DNA from: an uncultured Porphyromonadaceae bacterium
GTDB taxonomy: Bacteria > Bacillota > Clostridia > Peptostreptococcales > Anaerovoracaceae
Direction: 5' to 3'
Length of the DNA stretch: 64,000 nucleotides
NCBI GenBank assembly: GCA_963634825.1
Contig: CAVHCP010000001.1
Coordinates: 24,661 to 88,660 of the forward strand
Shown here: positions 9,164 through 18,570 of the stretch, in pieces
Numbering within the stretch: position 1 is the first letter of the stretch
Layout: each line of letters starts with the position of its first letter
The notes under the pieces: generated by a model
The model's database searches: none
What the model was told of the DNA's origin: nothing
What the model saw: the letters and a program-made list of their open reading frames with translations, nothing else
Program-made: the position numbers and the translations under genes

Positions 9164-10461
9164 TAATCTGCTTCCGAGCCCTCTGTTATGCCGGTTTCAG
9201 AGATTATTTTTTGATTGATTTGAGATGCTTTATTGCTCATCTCATAATTGTCCATTCCAAAGACATTTTTATAAAGTCGCGCGTTATTTTCCTCGAGGGT
9301 AGTAGGAATAGCAATCCACTTGCCGTTTACTATACCTCCCCAGTAGTTGAACGGATATCCAACCGACTTATCTATATCGAATTTTAAAGCCTTTGGCAAC
9401 AAGGATGTAATATCCTTTGTTTTCATATTTGTCTGTATTTCCGGGAATACTTCGTCTGTAAGCTTTGTTACCATTGTAGGATGCGCTTTTGCCTTGTCAA
9501 AAACGGCTGTCAACACTTTTTTAATTCGCTCTGTCCTGCCCGGATCTCCGCCGGAAGTCTTTCTTATACGGCAATATGTCGCCGCCTGCACACCGTCTAA
9601 TGTTTGCGTTCCTGCAGAAGTTACCTCAGTCCACTCTCTATCTGTATTATTTGCTGTCTCCGGTCCCCACTTATTTAGGTCGGCTAATTCGTTTTCTTCT
9701 ACTTCGATTTCGATACCACCAAGTGCATCAACGGTGTCAGCTACCGAATACCAGTCTACAACAACAAACTCCGATATGTTTAGGTCAAGGCTCTGATTTA
9801 GCATTTTACATGTATTTACAGGACCACCAAATGCGTGCGCATGCGTTGCCTTATCAAGCATGCTTTCGCCATTTATATCATCCATAAGAAGGTATGTATC
9901 TCTCATAACAGATGTTAGTGTTATCTTGCCTGTGGATTTTTCTATTGTCGCAATGACTATCGCATCTGTCCTCGAATTTGCCTGTTTTTCGCCCTTTCGC
10001 TCGTCTGTACCCATTATAGCTATATTTCTGTAGCCTTTTAGATTTTCGGCTACCGTCTCATCTATGCCAAATTCCTCATAATTTGTATCTACATAATCGA
10101 GTTTGCCAATCTGCGAATCAAGGAAAAAATATGCGCCTACTCCTATTGCCGCAAGGAGTAAAATCAATACCACAACTACTTTTGGCCAGATTCTTTTTTT
10201 CTTGCCATTTTTGCCAACTTTAGCATTTTTTTTCGCTTTTTTAGGCTTTTTCTTTGTTTGTTTTAAATCCTTAGCATCTTCTTCTGTCAGAAATGGCTTT
10301 TTTGGAACGGTATAATAATCATCTGCACTTTTTGGATTATTTTGCTCTATATTCATAAATTCTGCCAAAAAATCCTCTGAAACATCATTTTTCTTTTTTC
10401 TCTTTTTCTTAGGGGCAGTTGGTTTTATATCATTATTCTGATCATATTTGTCACTTCGCAT
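9163..10461 (-). CDS. LytR-CpsA-Psr (LCP) family cell-wall glycopolymer transferase with a long Lys-rich cytoplasmic N-terminus
   Basis: One TM segment (IWPKVVVVLILLLAAIGVGAYFFL) is followed by the LCP core NIAIMGTDERKGEKQANSRTDAIVIATIEKSTGKITLTSVMRDTYL. Confidence 0.7.
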   Translation of the reverse strand: MRSDKYDQNNDIKPTAPKKKRKKKNDVSEDFLAEFMNIEQNNPKSADDYYTVPKKPFLTEEDAKDLKQTKKKPKKAKKNAKVGKNGKKKRIWPKVVVVLILLLAAIGVGAYFFLDSQIGKLDYVDTNYEEFGIDETVAENLKGYRNIAIMGTDERKGEKQANSRTDAIVIATIEKSTGKITLTSVMRDTYLLMDDINGESMLDKATHAHAFGGPVNTCKMLNQSLDLNISEFVVVDWYSVADTVDALGGIEIEVEENELADLNKWGPETANNTDREWTEVTSAGTQTLDGVQAATYCRIRKTSGGDPGRTERIKKVLTAVFDKAKAHPTMVTKLTDEVFPEIQTNMKTKDITSLLPKALKFDIDKSVGYPFNYWGGIVNGKWIAIPTTLEENNARLYKNVFGMDNYEMSNKASQINQKIISETGITEGSEAD

Positions 10462-11699
10462 TATTTATCTCCTAACACATCATATACCATCTTAATCATC
10501 GCATTTACGCTACGATGCCTTAACGTATCTCTATCAGCATACGCAAAACGATTTTCTTTACATATTAATTTATCTTTACACAGAATTGCAGTATACACCA
10601 AACCTACGGGTTTTTCAAGCGTACCGCCATCCGGACCTGCAAGTCCTGTTACAGCAACACATATATCACTGCCGGAGGCTTTATGCAGACCTTCCGCCAT
10701 TTCTTTGGCAACTTCTTCACTTACTGCACCGTATTTTTTAAGCGTCTCTGCTTTCACACCGAGCTCATCAATTTTAGATTGATTGCTGTATGTAACAAGT
10801 CCTCTGTCAAAAATTGCCGAGCTTCCGGCAACGCTCACAATAGTATCTGCAAACATACCTCCTGTACATGATTCGGCTGACGAAAGAGTCAATCCTCTTT
10901 CCTTTAATTTATTTACAAGCTCTTCTTCTGTATTTTTGTCGCCCACAGCGCACATATATTTGCCAACTCTCTTTTTTATCTCTTCTATACAGGAATCGAC
11001 AGCCTGCTCCGCTTCGTCAAAGGTTTTTCTCTTTGATGTAATGCGTATCGTTACTTCGCCTGCCTTTGCATATGTTGCTATTGTCGGATCTGTCTGCTTG
11101 TCAATCAAATCTATAATTTCTGTTTCGAGCGTTGACTCACCTATACCAAGCGTCTTTACAAATTTATAGCAAATCGCATCTTCTGATTTTGCAGAAAGAA
11201 AATCTCTGACATAAGCCTCGTACATCGGCTTCATTTCAAATGGAGGTCCCGGAAGCGCAATAACTATTTTATTGTCAACTTCTGATATGAAACCCGGTGC
11301 TGTGCCATAATCATTTTGCATAGTAATACAGCCTTCAGGAAGGAATGCCTGCTTTATATTATTTTCTGTCATTTCTCTTCCTTGCGCCAAAAACCTCTTT
11401 TGCATTCTCTCAAGCGCTTCGTCATTTTGTACTAATTTCTTGCCGATAGCCTCTGCTATCACTTCCTTTGTCAAGTCGTCCTGAGTCGGTCCAAGTCCGC
11501 CCGTTGTAATGACAATATCGCTCTCTTTAAGCGCTTCTGTAACTGTTTTTGCTACTCTTTTTGGATTATCTCCTACCGTATAATGATATATGACATCTAT
11601 TCCTAAATCATTTAGATTTTTTGATAGGAATGCCGCATTTGTATTTGCAATTTGACCAAATAGTATCTCTGTTCCTACCGCAACTATCGTACTTTTCAC
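10461..11699 (-). CDS. cinA: competence/damage-inducible protein CinA (MoCF-binding domain plus PncC-type NMN amidohydrolase)
   Basis: N-terminus STIVAVGTEILFGQIANTNAAFL..TTGGLGPTQDD; C-terminal domain LSSAESCTGGMFA. GTG start with SD AAAGGAA. Classical position upstream of recA. Confidence 0.9.
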   Translation of the reverse strand: MKSTIVAVGTEILFGQIANTNAAFLSKNLNDLGIDVIYHYTVGDNPKRVAKTVTEALKESDIVITTGGLGPTQDDLTKEVIAEAIGKKLVQNDEALERMQKRFLAQGREMTENNIKQAFLPEGCITMQNDYGTAPGFISEVDNKIVIALPGPPFEMKPMYEAYVRDFLSAKSEDAICYKFVKTLGIGESTLETEIIDLIDKQTDPTIATYAKAGEVTIRITSKRKTFDEAEQAVDSCIEEIKKRVGKYMCAVGDKNTEEELVNKLKERGLTLSSAESCTGGMFADTIVSVAGSSAIFDRGLVTYSNQSKIDELGVKAETLKKYGAVSEEVAKEMAEGLHKASGSDICVAVTGLAGPDGGTLEKPVGLVYTAILCKDKLICKENRFAYADRDTLRHRSVNAMIKMVYDVLGDK

Positions 11700-11735
11700 A
11701 GTTTATTCCTTTCTTGTAATCATTTATTTAGGTTT

Positions 11736-11845
11736 GGCAGTGCCGGGGAGCCTCAGCTCCCCGGGAGGTTTAGCCCCGCAGGGGCTAAACCTCCGCCCGC
11801 CCGCCTACACGCCTGTGGCCGTGACCGTGGGCGGGCGGCACTGCC
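11736..11845. other. GC-rich multi-hairpin palindromic element (function unknown)
   Basis: Closing stem GGCAGTG/CACTGCC encloses three perfect hairpins: CCGGGGAGC-CTCA-GCTCCCCGG, GGAGGTTTAGCCCC-GCA-GGGGCTAAACCTCC and CCGCCCGCC-N24-GGCGGGCGG. It is far more GC-rich than its flanks and abuts the pgsA stop. Confidence 0.8.
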
Positions 11846-12381
11846 TACAGTCCACCCTTTAAAAAAACTTCCTTATTTTTAACAATATATTCGATACCGC
11901 TTATAACAGTTAAAATCACGCATATCCACAGCATTATCATATCAAGAGGTATACCTATATATCTGCATGGCCAATTCTTTAAAAGCAAGAGCGGGACAGC
12001 TATCATCTGAGAAACTGTTTTTAGTTTCCCCGAAAATCCTGCCGCTATAACTATACCGTCTGCTGCCGCAACCGTCCTCAATCCTGCAACTATAAATTCA
12101 CGAGCTAAAATAACTATCAGCATCCAGCCCGGCACAACAGACAATTGCACCAAGATAACAAGTGCCGAAATGACAAGTATTTTATCGGCAAGCGGATCCA
12201 TAATTTTACCAAAGTTTGTTACAAGCCCTCTGCTTCTTGCTATATGACCGTCGAGTGCGTCTGTCGCCGATGCCAATATAAATATTATTGTGGCAGCGTA
12301 AATATGCCCAAGCAAATATACTACTATAAATACGGGCACCGCCAAAATCCTAAGCATCGTCAGCTTATTTGGTAAATTCAT
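11845..12381 (-). CDS. pgsA: CDP-diacylglycerol--glycerol-3-phosphate 3-phosphatidyltransferase
   Basis: CDP-alcohol phosphatidyltransferase motif DALDGHIARSRGLVTNFGKIMDPLADK; 178-aa membrane protein. Confidence 0.9.
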   Translation of the reverse strand: MNLPNKLTMLRILAVPVFIVVYLLGHIYAATIIFILASATDALDGHIARSRGLVTNFGKIMDPLADKILVISALVILVQLSVVPGWMLIVILAREFIVAGLRTVAAADGIVIAAGFSGKLKTVSQMIAVPLLLLKNWPCRYIGIPLDMIMLWICVILTVISGIEYIVKNKEVFLKGGL

Positions 12382-13692
12382 CTAAACCTCCATTCCGACT
12401 AAATCATAGTCGTACGAATCTATAATCCTAACAGTTACAAATTCTCCTATTTTATGCTTTTTCTCACTCTTTATTATCAACGTATTGTCAATTTCCGGAG
12501 CGTCATACTCTGTACGCCCTATATAAACGCCTTCCTCTTTATCCTCCTCATCGATAATCGCCTTTAGCGTCCTTCCTACCATTGACTCGTTTTTTTCTCT
12601 TGAAATCTCCATCTGAAGCCTCATAAGCGCATCTCGCCTTTGAATCTTGAGCTCCTCATCTATCTGATTTTGCATTTCGGCCGCAGGCGTACCCTCCTCC
12701 ATCGAATATGCAAATACGCCCATTCTCTCAAACCTCACATCTTCTACAAAATTATATAGCTCATCAAAATCAGCTTCGCTCTCTCCCGGAAATCCCGTAA
12801 TAAATGTTGTCCTTATTGCTATATCAGGTATCCTCGCTCTCAACTTAGCTATTGTATTTGTTATACTCTTCTTTGTAGAATGCCTTTTCATAGCACCTAA
12901 AATATTATTTGAGCAATGCTGCAATGGTATATCGATATATTTACATACCTTATCGCAGTTAGCCATAATTTCTATAAGCTCATCCGTGATTTTGTCCTCG
13001 TAGCAATATAAAAGTCTGATCCACTCGATGCCGTCGATTTTAGAAAGCTCCTCTATAAGCTCGTGCAAGTTGTACCTTCCATAAAGATCCTTGCCGTATG
13101 CCGTCACATCTTGCCCTATCAAAATTATCTCGCGAGTACCATTTTGTACAAGCAATTTTGCTTCTTTTATGATGTTTTCAATGCTTCTGGATCTATATCT
13201 TCCCCTTATACTTGGTATAACGCAGTAAGCGCAACAGTTGTCACAACCCTCTGATATTTTTAAATATGATACATAGTTTGCCTTTTCGTATCGTCTGTAA
13301 ATCAAATCGATATCGCTGCAGTTGTATTCGCCGACAATCCTTTCGCGCCTGCCATTTACATGCTTTTCTAAAATCTGTGGCAATTTTTCGTATTCGTTTA
13401 CACCTATAAAAATATCGACCTCCGGCATCTCCTCAAAGAGCTCCTTTGAATATCTTTTTGAAAGACATCCGCTCACAACCAAAAGCCTTTCGCCTCTCTG
13501 TGCAAAATCAAATATTTTTTCTATTGATTCCCTTTTTGCATCGTTAATAAATCCACAAGTATTTACAATTATCACATCGGATTCTTCCCAATTGTCTACT
13601 ATTTTATGTCCGTTTTTTTCGAGAATGCCTGCTGCCATTTCCGAATCATTGAAATTTTTGGGACATCCTAATGTTTCTATATATATATTCAT
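12382..13692 (-). CDS. rimO: ribosomal protein S12 methylthiotransferase RimO
   Basis: MTTase N-domain MNIYIETLGCPKN, radical-SAM CDNCCAYC (Cx3Cx2C), C-terminal TRAM domain. Start moved to the ATG at 13692, which forms an ATGA overlap with the ftsK stop. The ORF-track N-extension lacks support. Confidence 0.85.
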   Translation of the reverse strand: MNIYIETLGCPKNFNDSEMAAGILEKNGHKIVDNWEESDVIIVNTCGFINDAKRESIEKIFDFAQRGERLLVVSGCLSKRYSKELFEEMPEVDIFIGVNEYEKLPQILEKHVNGRRERIVGEYNCSDIDLIYRRYEKANYVSYLKISEGCDNCCAYCVIPSIRGRYRSRSIENIIKEAKLLVQNGTREIILIGQDVTAYGKDLYGRYNLHELIEELSKIDGIEWIRLLYCYEDKITDELIEIMANCDKVCKYIDIPLQHCSNNILGAMKRHSTKKSITNTIAKLRARIPDIAIRTTFITGFPGESEADFDELYNFVEDVRFERMGVFAYSMEEGTPAAEMQNQIDEELKIQRRDALMRLQMEISREKNESMVGRTLKAIIDEEDKEEGVYIGRTEYDAPEIDNTLIIKSEKKHKIGEFVTVRIIDSYDYDLVGMEV

Positions 13693-16133
13693 TCGTCCTT
13701 TTTTCCTTCTTTTTTTGCATCCAAATCTTCCTGAGACCAAAGCACACTTCTCGGTCTTGAACCGTCCGGCGGTCCGACAATTCCGGCATCCTGCATATCC
13801 TCAATAATACGAGCCGCTCTGTTATATCCAATCCTAAATCGTCTCTGAAGCATCGAAACAGAAGCCTGCCCGGCATTTATAACAGTCTGTATCGCCTCAT
13901 CCATAAGTTCATCCTCCTGCGAGCTTGCATGTGTCACATCGCCCTTTTCTATGGAGTCAGAAATCTCCTGATCATAATTTACTTCTTCATTTTGAGCCTT
14001 TACAAACTTTATGATATTTTTTACCTCTTCATCAGAAATGAAAGGTCCCTGTATCCTCATCGGCTTATCGAGATCCTGCGGTTTATAAAGCATATCTCCG
14101 TTTCCCACAAGTTTCTCTGCTCCCGGCATATCTATGATAGTCCTTGAGTCTATCTGCGAAGACACCATAAAGGCTATACGTGACGGAATATTCGCCTTGA
14201 TAAGGCCTGTCACTACATCAACCGACGGTCTTTGAGTTGCAACGATAAGGTGCATACCTGCTGCTCTTGCGAGCTGTGCAAGCCTACAAATAGCTTCCTC
14301 AACCTGCGAACTTGCAACCATCATCAAATCGGCAAGCTCATCTATGATTATCACAATTTGTGACATTATCTCATCCGTCCTGCCCTCTTTTTTCATCAGT
14401 GCATTATATGCTTTGATGTCTTTTACCTTATTTTCGGCAAATCGCTTATACCTGCTTGTCATCTCCGAAACTGCCCAGTTTAGTGCTGCCGCAGCCTTTG
14501 TACTGTCAGTTACTACAGGAATGAGCAGATGTGGTATACCATTGTAATTTCCAAGTTCTACCATTTTAGGATCTATCAAAAGCAGCTTTACCTCATTTGG
14601 CTTTGCTCTATAAAGTATACTCGCTATTATCGTATTGATACATACGCTCTTGCCCGAGCCTGTTGCTCCTGCTATAAGCATATGTGGCATCTTAGCAAGA
14701 TCAGCAACAACTGAATTGCCGGCAATATCCTTTCCGACAGCAAATGCAAGCTTCGATGTATTTTTCCTAAACTCCGCCGATGATATGATGTCGCCTATTG
14801 TCACGGTCTGCCTTACTTCATTTTCTACTTCTATGCCAACTGCGGCTTTGCCCGGAATAGGTGCTTCTATCCTTATGCTTCTTGCACGCAGGTTTAGTGC
14901 TATATCGTCGGCAAGTCTTACTATGCTTGCAACCTTTACTCCTATTGCAGGCTGTATCTCATATCGTGTAACAGAAGATCCTCGTGTTACATTTATAACC
15001 TTAGCCTCAACATTGAAGCTCTTTAGCGTCTCCTCTAAAAGATGCGCATTTTCGGAAAGGATTTCCCCTTCTTTTTTTGTCATCGCTTTCTTCTTATTTA
15101 TTTTTAAAAGCGAAAGAGGTGGCAGGATATAATCTTTATTATCAGCGCCCTCAAGTCCTTTTATAAGATCCTCTGTTGTCTTTTCGCTATCAACTCTATC
15201 CGCATTAGCAATATTATCAGAGCTGTCAAGATTTTGACCATCATCCTTACTCTTTATATCCTTATCCTGCGATACAAAGGATTTCTCAGCATCGGAAGCA
15301 TCCTCTCTCCTGGCTCCGTATTGCTCATCATTAGCCCACAAATCTATTATACGGTCCTTACCCCTTGCTGTATCGTCTCCATATTTATTTAGCAAGCTCA
15401 AAAAATCAGTCTGCTCTTCCGAAAACTTCGAAACCGCATCCGGTCTTAAATCCTTTGCTTCTCTTTTAGCTTCAGCATTTTTTTCCTTTTCGGCCTCTAC
15501 CGATTTTTTATTTTCTTTTCTTTCTTCACGCTTTGCGCGTGCGTTTTCGTAGGCACGAGAAATAGGTGTGTTGACCGTCAAAAGGACACATATTATTATT
15601 GCCGCTATCGAAAATAGATAAAGTCCCGACATGCCTACTGCTTTTTTAATCAAAGCACCGAGATACATTCCCACAACTCCGCCATTGCGAAGAAGTATAC
15701 CTCGCTCATATACATCTGCAAGCTTAGCGGTCGACATATCAAAGCCGTTTAAAAATCGACCGGCATTTAAAATATCAATCATTATAAAAATCACACAGAC
15801 TAATATAACGGTCTTTGCCGTAAACGGCTTGCTCATTTTCATAAATAACATAATAGCAAAAAGCATCAAAAAATAAGGGAGTATAAAACCGCCAAGTCCG
15901 AATATTCCCTTTAAGAAGTCGCTAATCTTCTCCCCTACTATGCCCGCAAGATCTGTATGCATAGCAATAGCAAGGAAAATGCCGATAACAAGCATAATTA
16001 TAGCGACAATCTCATCATTTATCCTTTTTTTGTTTTCATCTATTTTATTTTTACCATTTGCACCTTTTGCACCCTTTAAAGCAGGCTTGCTTGCCTTTTT
16101 TTTCACAGTCGATGCTTTCTTTTTAGTTGCCAT
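13689..16133 (-). CDS. ftsK: DNA translocase FtsK/SpoIIIE
   Basis: N-terminal TM segments, acidic/Lys-rich linker, motor domain with Walker A GATGSGKS, and gamma winged helix SVSMLQRRFRIGYNRAARIIEDM. Confidence 0.95.
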   Translation of the reverse strand: MATKKKASTVKKKASKPALKGAKGANGKNKIDENKKRINDEIVAIIMLVIGIFLAIAMHTDLAGIVGEKISDFLKGIFGLGGFILPYFLMLFAIMLFMKMSKPFTAKTVILVCVIFIMIDILNAGRFLNGFDMSTAKLADVYERGILLRNGGVVGMYLGALIKKAVGMSGLYLFSIAAIIICVLLTVNTPISRAYENARAKREERKENKKSVEAEKEKNAEAKREAKDLRPDAVSKFSEEQTDFLSLLNKYGDDTARGKDRIIDLWANDEQYGARREDASDAEKSFVSQDKDIKSKDDGQNLDSSDNIANADRVDSEKTTEDLIKGLEGADNKDYILPPLSLLKINKKKAMTKKEGEILSENAHLLEETLKSFNVEAKVINVTRGSSVTRYEIQPAIGVKVASIVRLADDIALNLRARSIRIEAPIPGKAAVGIEVENEVRQTVTIGDIISSAEFRKNTSKLAFAVGKDIAGNSVVADLAKMPHMLIAGATGSGKSVCINTIIASILYRAKPNEVKLLLIDPKMVELGNYNGIPHLLIPVVTDSTKAAAALNWAVSEMTSRYKRFAENKVKDIKAYNALMKKEGRTDEIMSQIVIIIDELADLMMVASSQVEEAICRLAQLARAAGMHLIVATQRPSVDVVTGLIKANIPSRIAFMVSSQIDSRTIIDMPGAEKLVGNGDMLYKPQDLDKPMRIQGPFISDEEVKNIIKFVKAQNEEVNYDQEISDSIEKGDVTHASSQEDELMDEAIQTVINAGQASVSMLQRRFRIGYNRAARIIEDMQDAGIVGPPDGSRPRSVLWSQEDLDAKKEGKKDE

Positions 16134-16196
16134 AAATTAAATAATTTCCTTTCGTATTTATCACATTCATTTTAACTAAATTATAGCCTATATATT

Positions 16197-17039
16197 TTAA
16201 GAAAATATCTGATATATGATTACAAAGGCTCCAAGCACCCATGTATAGCACGAAAATACGATAAGCTTTTTATTGGAAACAAGTTTTATCATAGTCTTTA
16301 TAGCTATAAGTCCCGAAATTGCAGATACTATCATTCCAACAAAGATTGGCATCATCATAGAAAGCTCAAGCCCTTGCTTTAATGCCTTTGGAAATTCTAA
16401 AATAACCGAACCGAGTATAGACGGAATAGATATCAAAAATGCAAACTTAACTGCAAATTCTCTATTCAATCTTGTAACAAGTCCTCCAAATAGTGTAGAG
16501 CCTGATCGTGATATACCCGGCGTAATAGCTATTCCCTGCATAATACCCACAAAAATAGCACTTCTAAAAGGCATCTGCATAGCTTCCCTCCTGCCACCCG
16601 GAAGTCTTTCTCCTATAAAAAGTATAGTACCTGTTATTAAAAATCCTATACCGATTGCAATAAGTGAGCTATAAAATCCATTGAAGATATCATTGAATAA
16701 AAGTCCTATTATCGCTGTAGGAATACTTGCAACTATTATCAAAAATCCTAGCTTTCGAGTTGGATTGGCATTTACACGAAGTCCCTTACCGGTAAATATA
16801 TCCTTTATTACCGCTCCAAGTTCTTTTATGAGGTCTACAATATCATGCCAATAAACTATAAATACCGATATAAGCGTACCAAGATGTAGCATTACGGTAA
16901 AAAATAACACACTGTCTCCATTTATATGAAAAAAATATTGTAGGACTGCAAGATGTCCCGAGCTACTTATCGGCAAAAACTCTCCAAGCCCCTGCACAAC
17001 TCCCAAAATTATCGATTGAAACATTGATAGCGTTTCCAT
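16197..17039 (-). CDS. uppP: undecaprenyl-diphosphate phosphatase
   Basis: BacA/UppP signature GVVQGLGEFLPISSSGH and GISRSGST; 280-aa polytopic protein. Confidence 0.9.
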   Translation of the reverse strand: METLSMFQSIILGVVQGLGEFLPISSSGHLAVLQYFFHINGDSVLFFTVMLHLGTLISVFIVYWHDIVDLIKELGAVIKDIFTGKGLRVNANPTRKLGFLIIVASIPTAIIGLLFNDIFNGFYSSLIAIGIGFLITGTILFIGERLPGGRREAMQMPFRSAIFVGIMQGIAITPGISRSGSTLFGGLVTRLNREFAVKFAFLISIPSILGSVILEFPKALKQGLELSMMMPIFVGMIVSAISGLIAIKTMIKLVSNKKLIVFSCYTWVLGAFVIIYQIFS

Positions 17040-17186
17040 TTTTTCCTCCTAAAAATTTGCCTCTAACCTTATAAATTATATCATATATGATATTGGAGTG
17101 GTATAGTGAATTTGTAATGCTACATCCTAATGAATTGAAATAAATATTATAAAACAATAACAAGGGTTATAGAACAAGAACAAACA

Positions 17187-17215
17187 AAAAGCACCGGCGC
17201 AAGGCCGATGCTTTT
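17187..17215 (-). terminator. intrinsic terminator after the aminotransferase gene
   Basis: AAAAA-GCACCGGC-GCAAG-GCCGATGC-TTTT. On the minus strand the hairpin is followed by TTTTTGTTTG. Confidence 0.6.
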
Positions 17216-17288
17216 GACGAAAAGCAGGTAGCTAATCTGCTTTCCAGAATATTAAGTACCGATTGTATATTTACTAAAAAGTAAATGA

Positions 17289-18476
17289 TTATTTGTAGTC
17301 TTCCATTAATTTCTTGAAGATAGGAAGTGATTTTTCGATCTTTTCCTTTTCAACACAGTATGAAAGTCTCATGAAGTTTGAAGTTCCAAATCCTGTACCA
17401 GGAACCATGAGCAAGTCATAATCCATAGCCTTCTTGCAGAATGCTTCTGCATCCTTATCTGGAGCTTCGATGTACATATAGAATGCACCTGATGGCTCAG
17501 CTACATTGTAGCCAAGTTCAATAAGACCATTGTAAAGGATGTCTCTGTTTACCTTGTATGGCTCTAGAAGAGGTTCTACATCTACGCAATCTCTAACAAC
17601 CTGCTGGAAGATAGAAGGTGCGCAAACATATCCAAGAGCTCTTCCTGCACCATTTACTGCAGGTACGATCTCGTCATGATTTACAACAGACTTTGGAACT
17701 GCTATATATCCGATTCTTTCGCCTGGAAGTGAAAGTGACTTAGACCATGAGTAGCAGATAAGAGTGTTGTCATATAATGATGGCAAGAAAGTAACCTTTT
17801 CATCAGTATAAACAAGTTCTCTATATGGTTCGTCAGCTATCAAATAGATAGGATGACCATATTCTTTTTCTGCATCCTTAAGTACTGCTGTTACTTCTTC
17901 CAAATTAGCCTTTGAATAAATAACTCCTGATGGGTTATTTGGTGAGTTGATGATAATAGCCTTTGTATTTGGTGTAATTGCAGCCTTGATCTTTGCAGGA
18001 TCTAATGTCATATCATCTGCTGGCTGTACCAATACTGGTTTTGCACCCTGTGATTTGATAAATACAGTATATTCTGGGAAGAATGGAATAACTACCATAA
18101 CTTCATCTGTAGGTGCAGCTGTAATAGCCCTTAAAACGATGCTTAGTGAAGCAGCAGCTCCGCAAGTCATATAGATGTCGTTCATATCAAAGTCTGAACC
18201 AAATCTCTTATTTAGATTGTCGGCAATTGCTGTTCTTGTGTCATTAGCACCAGGGCCTGGAGTGTATGAGTTGTAATCCTTAGGATCCTGATTCTGAACG
18301 ATTTTAATAATAGCATCTGCTACTTCCTTAGGAGCAGGTACTGAAGGGTTACCAAGTGTAAAGTTCATTACATTCTCGTCGCCCACAATTGCAGCTCTTT
18401 CCCATCCGAAAGCAGCGATTTCTCTGATAACTGAAGGTTCAACACCCAGCTGATACATATCTTTATTAATGTTCAT
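17289..18476 (-). CDS. class I/II PLP-dependent aminotransferase (aspartate/aromatic/branched-chain type)
   Basis: Fold-type I pattern with PLP-lysine motif YSWSKSLSLPGERIGY and NPSNPSG-like INSPNNPSG. Confidence 0.85.
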   Translation of the reverse strand: MNINKDMYQLGVEPSVIREIAAFGWERAAIVGDENVMNFTLGNPSVPAPKEVADAIIKIVQNQDPKDYNSYTPGPGANDTRTAIADNLNKRFGSDFDMNDIYMTCGAAASLSIVLRAITAAPTDEVMVVIPFFPEYTVFIKSQGAKPVLVQPADDMTLDPAKIKAAITPNTKAIIINSPNNPSGVIYSKANLEEVTAVLKDAEKEYGHPIYLIADEPYRELVYTDEKVTFLPSLYDNTLICYSWSKSLSLPGERIGYIAVPKSVVNHDEIVPAVNGAGRALGYVCAPSIFQQVVRDCVDVEPLLEPYKVNRDILYNGLIELGYNVAEPSGAFYMYIEAPDKDAEAFCKKAMDYDLLMVPGTGFGTSNFMRLSYCVEKEKIEKSLPIFKKLMEDYK

Positions 18477-18570
18477 TTTAAATACCCTCTTTTCTTTGAT
18501 AGCCTGCTACGGCACAATGGCCGTAGCAGTTAATTAGTTTTGCGACTAATAGATATTATTTTATGCCAGC

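Noticed and set aside
11736-11845. tRNA or tRNA-like gene (7-bp closing stem plus three arms)
   Set aside because: At 110 nt it is too long. The arm stems of 9-14 bp, the 3-4 nt loops and the absence of T-loop/D-loop consensus or anticodon loop geometry are incompatible with a tRNA.
13693-13740. N-terminal extensions given by the ORF track (rimO here; also rpmF 30145-30195, rpmB 40354-40362, ackA 34527-34541, ftsX 57710-57757, the autolysin 33117-33140 and the dehydratase alpha subunit 24530-24547)
   Set aside because: In each case a downstream ATG has a proper SD at 6-9 nt and reproduces the canonical family N-terminus. The upstream extension overlaps the preceding gene or contains the SD itself.
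18504-18530. Hairpin CTGCTACGGC-N5-GCCGTAGCAG between brnQ and the aminotransferase gene, considered as a terminator
   Set aside because: No T-tract follows it on the coding (minus) strand. It may be a processing or attenuation stem, but it cannot be called an intrinsic terminator from sequence alone.
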